From: Takakia lepidozioides
Taxonomy: Eukaryota > Plantae > Bryophyta
Assembly: GCA_030704615.1 (NCBI GenBank)
Contig: CM060732.1
Coordinates: 70,122,001-70,186,000 of the forward strand
DNA length: 64,000 bases
Direction: 5' to 3'
Both the position numbers and the translations under genes were made by a program. Under the pieces are notes generated by a model. That model made no database searches. It was given only the letters and a program-made list of their open reading frames with translations, and had not been told where the DNA came from. Of the stretch, positions 31,413-43,946 are shown in pieces (within the stretch, counting starts at the first letter, position 1; each line of letters opens with the position of its first letter).

Positions 31413-33026
31413 AGCTCAACCACTGGAAATTTCACCTTTGGGGAGAAAAATCAGTCTCTCACCTTCATGTGTTCACAGGTGGTTTTCCATGCCGACCGAG
31501 CCAGCTTCATGGGTGTCGGCTATTATACATTCCAAATCTATAGCTTCCAGTAATTATGCAGTGTCTTATGTACATTATTTTTTCTTTTGGATAGGGTACA
31601 GTGAATTTCCATCACGCCAATATAAAGTAGTAAAGGACAGGAAAGGACGTGAACTGTACATTTGTGAATTGGCAATAGCTGTAGTTTTGACTGTTTGGCC
31701 CCTGCCATTAGCTGAGCTGGTAGATTAAACACGAGTGTATGGAGAGTTTTGTTATCACGGAAGCAAAAGATACTTACAGACTTTGGGATTGGCTACAACC
31801 TTAGCTATAAACACATGAGGGGGGGGGGGGGGTGGGTGGTTGTACTGGTGTCCCTTGCGGTGTCACACACCAGACACAGGAACGTATGGGGAGTTATAAA
31901 CTTCAATCCAAGACATGCGTTGGAGGATGAAAATGAGGAAGCGAAGGTATGCAACCTATGTAGTATGTGAAGCTCTTGAGTTCCAATGTGAACAAGCTTC
32001 CCTTGACTGTCAAAAGTAATGTAGTATGTAAATAAAGTGAAGTGGACCAGGTACAAGCATCCTCGGCACTGATGGGCATTAGTGCCCTTTGTATTGCACA
32101 CACCAATCTTTTCGCCACCACAGGAAGAAGCCTGCTCTTGGTTTTGGGCTGAACACAGCCCCTCAGACAGGTGACTGCTGCATGGCCACCAACTTCATAT
32201 CAAAATCTGTGGGGAAGCACATAGCTTCTGCCTTGAAGAGCGGATTTGTATACAACCACGTCCATGAAGGAAAGTGCATTGTAAGGTAATTTCCCATCGT
32301 GGTTTTGTAACAGTGACAGATCAGGAAGTGCCACTGATGTTGGAAGTAATACCTACGTAATCTGCTATAAGAGATTGATGCAGTTTGATGCTCTACGTGA
32401 TCTGAGAGTTTGATCATGACCATATTAACTTTACTGCTCCAAGTTAGTTATAATCTCAAGATTTTACATTGGCTGGTCTCAAACAACTCCATACATCCCC
32501 TCCAGCCCCAAAGCTCCTCCTTCACTTTCTCCTCACATTTGGCGCAACACATGGACGCCATCAATTGAACCAAAAATCTGGCCAAAATCTGCAGATTCAC
32601 GACCCAAGGTCACCTGCATGGCCACAATTTTTTTCATCTATGGAAATGAACCGTTGTTGCAAACTACATTTGCTATATGAAAATAGAATTTCAGGGCCTC
32701 ACTGAGTGTTGGGCAATTCTTAGCTTTTCTTAATATCTGTTGGGTCCGGATACTTGCCAAACTAGAAAACCATATCCGTCAGATCCGAAAGAGAAAGGGG
32801 ACAAAGGCCCTTTTAGTCAAATGAACTGAGAAAATAGTCAGAGAATGGAAAAAATAACCACCCTCGACCGTGAAGGCTTACTCTCCTGTGACCCTAGCAA
32901 ATTAACTGCAGGAGAGAACCTAGAGAAAGTGAGAGTGCTGAAGACAAAGGCAGGGCGGTGTGCATGGGCTGCTTGGAGTGATTCAGGGAAATTATTTGAG
33001 AAGGTTTGGGAATGTTTGAGACAGTT

Positions 33027-35544
33027 TGTTTGAGACTCCCAGAATTATGCACAACAATGTAGCAAAGAGAATGTATTAACACTGATTGTGAAAGTATACA
33101 CACAGCTCCACAATCCTTGCATACACAGCTATTGCTCACATTCTCTAACACACGCTGCACCACCACCAAGCACTACTTTCCAGACTATGCACGAGCTCAG
33201 CTAAGCTAATCATTCTCTTTGCTATGCCAAAAAGTTTCTCAATCTGCAGGTCAGTACACTCCCAACCTCATACCGTATATGCGCTATATATTTCTACAAT
33301 ACTCCCACTCGGGATGAGGTTGAACTATCATCAACAACCATAGAAGTGAGACCAAGTAGAGTCTTGAAGCGGCAGAACTTGACATTGTACCAAACTGTAG
33401 GGCTAGCTTATGTGTAGCGTGAATCATGTAAGAGGCTACGCATCCATATGATTTCCTGGGTGGCAAGATGAGCAGCTATGTATTCTGCTTCAATGGTGCT
33501 GGTAGATGTACAAGATTGTTTGCAGCTACCCCATGCCACCGGGCCTCCATTGAGCATTAAAACAATATACCCAGATCTGCTTTGCGGTCATCCATGTCAC
33601 CAGCATAATCGGCATCACAATCTGCCACAAGCTGATTTTGAAACTTGGATTGTGTACTGTATGTGACCCACAAAGTAGGAGATCCATGTAAATAATTGAG
33701 AATGAGCTCTTTGTGCCAAACGTCCAAGCTCTGAGTGCAGCCCTTTTTGCTCTGTACACCAATTGTACTGGCAGAGAATGTGGTGTTTCCTGAGGATTCC
33801 GATGAGGATATCACAGTTGTTGAAAGTCTATAGATTCCATACTCTTCCACTTCCTTCATCACGACCTCTTCACAGCCATAAGACGACATCCTCCTTTGGT
33901 GTGTAGGGTGTCGATCCCTTTTTGGACTTCTCGAGAGGTGGAGAATAAGTTTCTGCCAAGCTTGGGCACATGGACAACGTCCTTGAGAATTCATGTGGTA
34001 TGTTTTCTGTCAACCCATCATATGTGGAAAATAATGTCACCTATCCCTTGTGCATACAACACCACACCTCCGATCCCTTCCACCGCCTGCTTATCTCACT
34101 GTAAGTTGCGAATCAACTCCGATTCTAGCACATGTGCTGTGAGCAGTAGCTGTCCATATACCAATGCTGTGAGCAAGATCTTGGCTCTGAAGCCATGAAG
34201 GCACGATGTACCTTCAATGAGCCGTGTCAGTCTTCGGCTCTTTTTTAGTGACTTTGATCTTGGCTTTGTACATTCCCTGCCCCAATGACTAATGACTCCA
34301 CAGTTCCAGCATTCTGTTGTTTTCTTTCGTTCTGCTATCTCCTTCTTGCATTGTTCACGCTGCTTAGGCGTGAGTGGCGGTTTTCCCGACTGTGAGCCAC
34401 ATTTTCCTTTGAATGATGCTGCATATGCGGTTACATTTGCACTTTTGCCATTGGCTATGCTCTCTTGGTCCCGCATTCTTCATTCCTCTCTGATCAGCCT
34501 CCCAGTCATGATACTTATCGTTCGCTCAGTTGCAGGGACGTTTTCCCATGATGATTGAAACGATCCATATGCTGCTGGCAGCTGGCTTAAAATCTTGGCC
34601 ATGACTGTGTTGTCAGTGAATGTATTATTTCCTAGATTTGTGAGCTCACATTGCGCCTCCTTGATTTTACCCAAGAAATCTGCAATACTATTACTTTCAT
34701 CCATGGTAATATCAAAGAAACGCTGCTGAACATGGTGAATGCTTTCATGCGAATGCTGATCATGTACCTCCCTCAATTTATCCCAGATTGCCTTGGAGGT
34801 CTTGCATCCCTTGATATACTTGATACCTTCTCCTCCACGGCTTGGCACAAAAGAAAGACTGTCTGATTATCTTGATCCATGCAGCTAAACCCTCGGCATC
34901 ACTGGAAGGTCTCGTTGTGGTACCATCAACTACGTCCATCAGCTCCTTTCCAAGAAAGAGAGCTCTCATCTGAAACTGCCACATATGGAAGTTTTTTTTG
35001 CTGAAAACCTTCTAATATTGCCTAGATCTCAAACATCAACCATGCTTGCTACTTTGACGACAGAAGAAGCAAAAGGAAACAATTGACGACGTACACTTTG
35101 AACTTAAAACCCAAGTGACATAACCCAAGTGCGACCATTTGTTGCAAAAACCTATACTGTGGACAAGAACCCCTATCATTTGTACTGCGACGACCTGACT
35201 TCAGATGTATAAACTCAACAGCCTGATTGACACAGATACTGTAGACATAATATCCAACGCAACAGAAATGAGAGAGAAAATAAACAAGCAGTATCATTTT
35301 TAGACCAGCGCAGTTATACCCGAAAAGAATTGTAGGCCCATAACCTATTCAAGTAATGCAGTGTATTGACTCCCAAAATTATGCACAATGATGTAGCAAA
35401 GATAATGTATTAATTAACACTTATTATAAAAGTATACACAGAGCTCCACAATCCTTGCAGACATAGCTATTGCTCACACTATCTAACACACGCTGTATCA
35501 CTACTAAGCACTACTTTCCAGACTATGCACGAGCACAGCTAACC
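33027..35544 (-). mobile_element. Internally deleted Ty1/Copia LTR retrotransposon
   Basis: LTR repeats ~33027-33258 and ~35346-35544 (second truncated); PPT-like GAGGTTGGGAG abuts TGT at 33258. Gag: WQFQMRALF, KAIWDKL, KILSQLP, knuckle CWNCGVISHWGREC. Protease scrap GIGG...GIG. RNase H: CDADYAGD...SRSGY...GPVAWGS...STIEAEYIA. Confidence 0.88.
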
Positions 35545-35549
35545 TTTGA

Positions 35550-36572
35550 ATCTTCTATTGTTAGGACAATTTTGTACAATGTGATCGGGTTCTCCACAAT
35601 ATAGAGATAATCCATATGAACGCCGTCTTTGTTATTCTTGTTGCGTCAATGGCTTGAATCCAACATCATCAATTTGCATATGATCATCGCCATGCGTGTG
35701 GCTGGTCGTACCGTTTGGTGTCGTGGAAGTAGCGGCATGGTATATTGTAGATCGCCCAGATCGTTTTTCTTGACGTCTATCAAACAAACGGTTATTACAT
35801 GCAATGACTTGGATAATAAATTCGCTCACGGTGTTGACGTTTGGCATTGTCAATAACATATCTTTTACATCATCTTTTAACCCAAATCGAAACTGACTAA
35901 ATGAGACTTTTTTCATTCCAGTCGAGGTCGCACGTAAGTTGTCGAAATTCGGCAGCGTAAACAAAAGTATCACGTGCTCCTTGTCGTAGATTTCGCATCT
36001 TGGTCTCTGCTACTCTTTCCATATCATTCTTTCCAAATGTTGTAGTGAACTCTGGTCCGAATGCTTCAAAATTGTTTAGTGCGTTGCCGAAATCTTGAGC
36101 TGTAGTTGGGCAGAAGAGCCGGGAAGTGCTTCCATCTGGAGCTAAAGACTCTGCAAGGTAGCAACAACTTTCGCAAATGTATTCTCCATCTTGACTAACT
36201 ATCTCGCCAAACACTCAGAGACAAAGGATTAACCGATTTGAATACAACGAACAAGACTAGACTGGGCAATGAGATCGACGTGGTATAAAGTAGTATGAAT
36301 AAGAATCAATGATCAACTTTATATACCTCAAGACTGTGTTGGCAAGACTGAGATGTACCCAATCTCGCTTCCTATATATACTAGCTATCTATGAACTTTC
36401 TTAGGAAGTTTCGTTTCCTAAGAAACTTCTCCAACTAAGGTATATTTCCTAGGAAGTTTCATCATTGCTATAGAGCATTCTAGAAGGTTCGGATTTTTAG
36501 AAAGATTCTTGGAAAGTTCTGGAAAGTCCTAAAAAATGCTGGAATACTATGAAATAAATATATTTTCTGATA
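35550..36572 (-). mobile_element. Ty3/Gypsy (Tcn1-like chromovirus) gag fragment plus 5' LTR
   Basis: LRQGARDTFVYAAEFRQL, SQFRFGLKDDVKDMLL, DDHMQID, LYCGEPDHIVQNC. LTR-like CTAGAA/GGAAAGTT-rich segment ~36270-36572. Clade assignment from memory. Confidence 0.75.
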
Positions 36573-36710
36573 TTATAGGGCCCACCCCCCAAAGGGGGCA
36601 TTAGGTGAAGTGGCTCTTAGTTACGTGGCCTCCGCTCGAGCATTCTCTCTCTATTTTTGATATTAGGCCTATTATATTCAAACAAATATAGGGCCCACCC
36701 CTAAAATGGG

Positions 36711-37064
36711 GCCTCTCAAGATAATAGGGTCTTCAATGGGCACGTGCGATGTGGCCGGTGGGCCCCGCGCACGGACGCCCGGCTCCCCAGCACCCCGCCC
36801 GCCCCGTCCGCGCCCCCGTCCGCCGCGGCCAGTCCCCCGCCCATGAGTCCGCTGCCCTCCAGTCTGCCAGTCCGCTGCTGGCCAGTCTGCTACCCAGCAG
36901 TCTGCCAGTCCGCCAGTCTGCCCGCCAGCTGGCCAGTCCGGTGCCCAACAGTCTGCCAGTCCGCCAGTCTGCCCGCCAGTCCCCTGCCATCCAGTCCGCT
37001 GACGGCGCAGGATCGCCACCGTCCATTCCCATAACCCATCCGAGCCCTCCATTTTTAGGGCTGC
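36711..37064 (+). repeat. Left TIR of the Mutator-like element
   Basis: Reverse complement of 61349-61655, with indels in the internal CAGTCCG/CAGTCTG repeat tract. Confidence 0.92.
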
Positions 37065-37208
37065 AATTCAAACCTTTATCCCTGCCGCCTGCCACTTGCC
37101 AGCAGCCGCGAACGTGCGCACTGTTCTCCTGGCACGTTGTCGATCGTGTCCTATACTGCGGCGCGTTTCTTGCATGTTCAGAAGCATGTCCTTTGTACTG
37201 TATAGGGC

Positions 37209-40200
37209 ATGGACGTGGAAGCAAAACCCGATGATATACTGATCACGGAAAGCCCGCTTATACGGCCTCTTCGACAATGTTTGCAAACAGCAAAACCAGG
37301 ACCCTTCAACAGGAAGGATCTCCATTGGAAGAGTGAGACGCAATATGGGTTTATGGGTGTGCGAATGAATGTTGAAAAGGCCTGCATACCTTGGGATAAA
37401 GTTGGTGACTTTGTCCTGGGAGAGGAGAGTTTGGAGGACTACCCCACTCAGTTTTGGGTGAATGTCCATTCTAAAGTGGAACCCGGCTTGCGAAAAACAC
37501 CCAGAGCCAACACATTTCTGTCTAGTATTATGTGTGCACCATCCTCAGTCCTTTTGACGTTTCATTGCATGTCTGTTGCCATTTTTTGTTTCACGAGTTC
37601 TCTGATTTTATGCTTCATCAAATCGTTGGATATCGATTTAAAATTTTTCTGTCCAGGTATCAATGCTGCTACGGTCTTGACGACAAGCGCACCAACAAGG
37701 CAATAGTGGAGGATCCAAAACAGAAGCGTGGAGGACCTCTTGTGGGTGCTGAAACATCTTGCCCTCATAAAGGCCAAGGAGAAAGAAGTATGGAGAGTCT
37801 TACAAGCGTGGTTGCCAATGCTGTTTCAAGGTCCAGCAATGTTATCTCGCCCCTGACATCTGTGTCCTCACGTACTACAACAACATGGAGCATACAGATG
37901 CGCAAGGGAAACCCTCGCATGGGAAGTCCGCAGAGTTCAGGACATCCGCCACGCCTATGCACCACACATTAGCGAGGAATTGAAAGCCTGGGTCGTCGAG
38001 TGTTTGTGCCGAGGCCTGTTGGTTGCCCAAATCATGATGGAGCATCAAGAGCACGTGATGAACAACACCGGCTTAGGCAATGCATGGACCCGCGATGATT
38101 TCTTGTTGGAGCAAGATGTTCGCAACCTTGCCGAGAAACGCGCATGACAAACCTTCAAAAAGCACGCCGATGATGCGGAGAGTGTGCGCATGTGGAGAGA
38201 CCAGAATCCTGCGTCTGTTTTTTTCTATCAAGAGGAGAAATTAGAGCCAACATGGAGATTTGACATTCACTATTGGCATACAGACTCCGTGGCAGAAACG
38301 ACGAATGCTGGAACTAGGACATGACCGTATCGTTGCATGTGATGCAACCTTTGGGACAAATCATGACAAGGTACTATTCGAACGATTCCATGGACTTGTA
38401 CGAGCATGATAGCATAGTACCATGCAACATTCACATAAATTTTGGTGTGCTGACCATTTCTGTATGTTTTCATGTGTACGTTGCGGAAAACCGAGGGGCA
38501 GACCCATTGTGAACCGCTGCAGACCTCATCACTCTTATGAAGTCTTCTCGTGCAGAACTGAGCGGAATTTTCATGCTCTGATCATCTTACATTGTGCATT
38601 CCAACAATTCCCATTGTACACGTTGATGGTCTTCGACGAGTGGTTGAGCGGTATACCAGTTGCCTATATCCTATCTGCGAGGAATCGGACAACAGACTTG
38701 GTTCCGTGGATGAGAGCCTTGCGCGATTCACTCCTCGCAGATTTGCTGAGCTGGCGACCCAATGCCTTCATGTGGACGATGCCGAAGCAGAAATCAACGC
38801 TATTTGGTAAGTCTGTTGGTCCACAGCACCGGTCCATTGTCGAGGTCCACTGCAGCAGTCCATTGCTACAGTCCACTGGCAGACTCCTGTGGCGAAACCC
38901 GATGGCAGTTCGCTGGGCAAATCCACTGGTAGTCCGCTGTCAAGTCCGCTCATCAGTCCCCTGGCAAGTCCGCTAGCAATCCTTGGCAAGTCCGCTCGGC
39001 AGTCCGCTGCCAAGTCCGCTGGCAAATCCACTCAGCAGTCCCTGGGGTCGGCCATCCGCTGCCAAGTCCACTCGGCAGTCCCTGGCAAGTCCGCTCGGCA
39101 GTCCGCTGTGGCAATCCAATGGGGCAGTCCGCTAATGCAGTCCGCTGCCCCAGTCCTAGCTAGGGGAAGTCCAATGGGGAAGTCCACTGGGTAGTCCAAT
39201 GGGGTTATTCTAGCACATCAATGTCATGGCATTGTACTGTCCACTGGGCGAGTCCAGTGGCTCTGCCCGCTGATACAGGTCGATGTTATAGGTCGCTGTT
39301 ACAGTCCACTCCGGCAGTCCACCATTGCAGTCCGATCCCAAGACTCTACTGTGTACCATGTGTGTTGTGTAGAGTTGTTTTTGAATGAGTACTCATTTTC
39401 CTCTGCCTTTGGCATGTCCGCAAGGCATGGGTGAAGCAATTATGCAAGAAAACGAAGGATCCGGTGACCGCTGTAAACTTGTTGAAGGATATGGGAGACC
39501 TCATATACTGTAGAGGGAGACCACGCAACGAGAAAAGAGCGCTTCGGTGGGTTGCAAGGAGAATCCGTCGTATGAGGTCAAAATACCCAAAAGGACATGA
39601 ATTTCTTGACTATATCAAACAGTACTGGAAGCCCAAAATAGCAATGTGGTGTATAGCAGCCCGCCATGTTCCTCATGCGAGCCAAGACACAAATGCACGC
39701 ATTGAGGCATACCATGGAAATCTGAAGGCAAGACTTGTCATGGGGAAAGGTAAGATGAGTGGTCGTAGAGTGGACTAGCTTATATGGGAACTCACTGGCC
39801 GTGTGCTAACACACTACTGGTACGCAATCCATTTGAAGACCCACGGGTTCATAAGAAATGACAACACGAAAAGTACATATCCAGTTCTATACTTGCGGCA
39901 CGAGACATTCCTGCTGAGAGTGTTACTCTTCCCTTGGGTCCTGGTGAACCAGCCTACGTTCTCAGTAGCAACCACCCCGGCACAACATACATTGTTTACA
40001 ATCCTGATTGCGATTGGGCTTGTTGCACGTGCCCATGGGCAATGAAGGGAAACTTATGCAAGCATCAGGTCCGTGTCCTGAAGATGCTTCACCCTGACCT
40101 GCAGGATGGCCTCCTTGTGCGCGCTTGTGGCACGGCACTGGGAACCATTCATGGATGATTACCTAACTTGCTCTTGGGCAATGGTGCCGGTGGCAACGAC

Positions 40201-40626
40201 AAATCCAATCAGTTCATGGAAAGACATCCTCCGGACGACTTCCCCTACGACGAGGCACCTCTGGAGGTCTCAGCCTCAATGAAACAAGAATTCGCGGACA
40301 TACTTCGTATTGGAGGTGATGACAAATACCTGGAGGCACATGCCCGATCTGCTCTTCGTATGTGCAGATGGCAGCTCGTTGATATCCTGGCGAAAAGTGC
40401 GGCTGGAATGTTGCACCCTGCGGCAGCGAAGGCTTTCCATTCTCTGAACAACAACAACAACATGTCTCAGAAAATGAGACGAGATTTCGTGGAGGCCTGG
40501 AAAACCCGGCCTAGGGTTTTGCGGAGAACCAGCAAGAGGGTGTCTGCACCTCCACCTGCAGCACATATATACTCGAAAATTCGCAAGGTTTCAGGTCGTG
40601 TAGGTGTCACGAAAAAGACAATATAA
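37209..40626 (+). pseudogene. MULE-type DDE transposase with SWIM zinc finger (At4g13970/At1g60560-like), a few stops and frameshifts
   Basis: IPWDKVGDFVLGEE, YQCCYG, KRGCQC, TRDDFLL, IGIQTPWQ, ACDATFGTN, PLYTLMVFD...IPVAYI, VDDAEAE, LCLWHVRKAW, DTNARIEAYH, SWIM CTCPWAMKGNLCKH. Introns include 38807-39372. Confidence 0.88.
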
Positions 40627-40702
40627 GTCTGCAATGCCTCGAAAATTCGCAAGGTTTCAGGTCGTATAGGTGTCACGAAGAAGACAATATAATTCTGCAA
40701 TT
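40572..40702 (+). repeat. 66-bp tandem duplication covering the transposase stop codon
   Basis: CTCGAAAATTCGCAAGGTTTCAGGTCGT...AAGACAATATAA occurs twice. Confidence 0.9.
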
Positions 40703-43700
40703 CCTCTGGTAGCATTGTCCCTTTCTGAAATACAAGTCCGCAATGGACTCATGCACAGTCTCCCAACGGACTCCTCCAGTCTCCCAACTGACTCCCATAC
40801 AGTCTCCCAAGCATAGTCTCCCAACGGACTCACGCACAGTCTCCCAACAGAGTCACAGTCAACAGACTGCGAACGCTAGTAAGCCAGTCTGCTGGTCAGT
40901 CTGCTGCCCACTCCAAAAGTCTGCTCACCACACTTCCACCTCATCCTTGCAACTCTTCCAACAGACTGTTGGACAGACTAAGTCTCAAGCAGACTCATCC
41001 ACAACAGCAGACTCAAAATGGACACGCTCCAGTGGACTACCTCCTTAACGACTCATGCCAATCCAGCGTCCCAGCGGACTCATGGACATGGTGCCTACCA
41101 GACTAGGTACCAGACCCACCAGTCCTAGCCTCGGCAGCATACTGCTCGCACATTCAAGCTCAGCAGACTCGGGTGCACAGTGCATGGAAAAATTGACACC
41201 ATTGTGTCCATTGAGTTTAGTGACAACATTACAAGCCCACAGTACACAAAAGTGCTCATCACCACTGGAATAGTAAGCGAAAAGACTTGCATTTTTTATT
41301 TCGGTACATAGACTTCACAGGTTAAGTACATCATACTCATGAGAGCGCACTACAAGAGATGAGCGTTTTTAGGACTGCGGCTTTGGCGGAGTCATAAAAA
41401 CTGCACTAGGTACATGACTACAGAGCGCTGAAATGCATTACAGTTTTAGTTTTATGACTTTGTAGTAATGGATATCACTACATGACTCCGGAAAGTTAGG
41501 GAGCATTGGTCAAACATTGTTGACCATGATGACAGGGATGGTTTATATGACTAGTGTGATATGTTTGACTACACGTGGACGACGTTTCATGGAATCTTAT
41601 GACTCCATGACTGAAGATGGTTTCAAAGCTCTATTTATACGACTACATCACTACACGTGTCATTTTGAAGGCACATATAATGCAAATAAGGTTGCCCATT
41701 AGGTTTTTAAAAGTTAAAATTTTTGCTAATAAGGTTGCCCATTAGTGTAATCGTGAACAGAAAGCAGGACTGGGACTTGGCGTCTTTTTGTCTCCTGCGC
41801 CACACCACATAGCTGAGGGTGGAACGCGATGATAGCAGGATATGCAGGGGCGTGGGATGGAGGCGTTGAGCAAATGATGCACGAAGGAGAAGAGAGGAGG
41901 AGACGAGACGAGGACAAGCGAGCTCGCCGTTCTTGGGAGAGTCAGCTTGGTCTTAGCAAGCGTGTTTCAATCTCTGACTACTCATCTACGACGTAGTGGT
42001 TCGATTTGACAGACCAATCCGACATTACCTGACTACAGACACAAGCAGCACACACAAGAGGTCATCGGTCAAATCCTCCATGGGTCAGGACAGGTCAAGG
42101 ACAATGTGGTAGGGCACCTTCTTCTTCAACCTATTTCAGCCTGTGTTGCCCTCTCATCAGACTCGGCCGCAAGATGCATATTGAATTCTGTAAGTTAGGT
42201 CGTTGGGTACATCTGTGGTGGTTTGGAGTGACTTTGGCAAGTTACTGCCAGTGTGGCAGCAGGGAAGTATCCAAAAACATATAATAGAGGTGAGGAGAAG
42301 CTTTGGGGTGAACACTTTCCGACCCAATGGTGGGACAATGGAGACAAAAAGGCAAATGCCTGTTGGACTAAAGAGAGAAGCAGATGCATTTCAGATTGTG
42401 ATAAGTAGGGTTGGGGTGTTTTGGGGAAGAACTCCACACTAGTATGGTTGGGGTGTTTGCTAGTAGAATTGTAGGCTGTCAGAGGCATGGATAGCTGAAG
42501 GAGCAGGGATAGAGTGTGGATCCAGATTCATCCAAGAGGGCTGGATTTCAAGCTCCACATTACCTATGATTCCCTGTGGAAGGATAGGTACAAGAATCAT
42601 GGGTAGATGGTCAACTGGAAGCGGCATGCTGTACTATATGTCATTCTAGAGTCTATCATTGTTGGTCCATGTGTTTTACAACAATGCTATCAATATAAGA
42701 CTCATGGTTCGCATTGGAAGCTCAATCCCTGCAAGTTCATTGTGTGTGAAGCTCAAACTTGCGATTTGAAGGATCTTGTAGCCAAGTTCATTCAACCGGA
42801 AAGGAGAAATTCTGAAAGCTCCCAAATTTGATGTGGGCAAGCTTATGGAGGTAAGACTTAGCTTCCCTCCTCTAATGTAAGTGTTGGATAAGTTTCATTT
42901 ACTGCCGACCTTCACTGCATATATTGGCTCTTTTCTTGGCTGGTTTCATATTTTCTTGGCTGGTATGCTGTTGGTTGGCTTCTTTCATTTCACGTGTGTA
43001 GTGGAAGGGGAGAAGTACTTTCCTAAGTTCTGCTACAACAATGTCTTTTTCCAGCCTAGATGTTTTCGATGGATACAAATTGAAGTGCTTTGAATGTTGC
43101 TGCAATACTATAATAAAGTGGAGGGTGCTGAATGCAGTTGGCCTTGCTTCGTGCAGGCATAATCCAGGGAAATGTGGACATAGCTGAAACCCCATGATAG
43201 CATTTCCAGAGGACGGTGTGGATGGCCTCACAATCCAGCATGCAAAATCCATGACAATGTGGAGCTGGCTGAATGGGCAAACAGGTTAAGTGGCGAACAA
43301 GCCACGTCACTGGTACATAGTTGCATGCTTACATAGTACATGAAAGCCTACTATATGTCATTCCCGAAATTGACCATGTTGGTCCATGTATTTTACAACA
43401 ATGCTATCAATAAAAGACCAATGGTTCGCATTGGAAACTCTATCCCCGTAAGTGGCTTGTGCGTGATGCTCAAACTTGTGATTTGAAGGATCTTATAAAG
43501 GTGATTAGAAAAGACATTGAGAAGGCAACAGCCGTTATCTATAATCTACAGATCCCCTTCAATTTGATGTGGGAAAGCCGGCTAGCTGGAGGTCTAGTCT
43601 CACTTTCACTCATCTAATGTCAGTGTTGTATCCATTGCAATGTGGAGATGTTTTGAAACAACATTGGAGCATTTCCAGAGGATGGTCTGGATGGCCTTTC

Positions 43701-43946
43701 GTGGCGTGTGCCGAATCCATGGCAAGAAAACATTGCAGGCAGAACCCATAGCAATGGTACCAGCACGGGTTGGTCCAAAGCCAATTGCAACAACAAATGA
43801 ATAAAGGGTGCTGAAAGGAAAACACTCCATAATTGATCATAAAATCCAGTGTCCAAGCATGATATCTTAATGGGAATGCGAAGGGAGTGTTATCACCTTA
43901 AACTATCATGCATGGTCTATAACTGGAGTGCACAAATCGTGCATAT

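Noticed and set aside
36678-37234. Overlapping GC-rich ORFs (and their counterparts at 61199-61739)
   Set aside because: Artefacts of the repetitive GC-rich TIRs.
38768-39194. Ser/Ala-rich ORFs
   Set aside because: They lie within the GT-AG intron 38807-39372, which is made of motif repeats.
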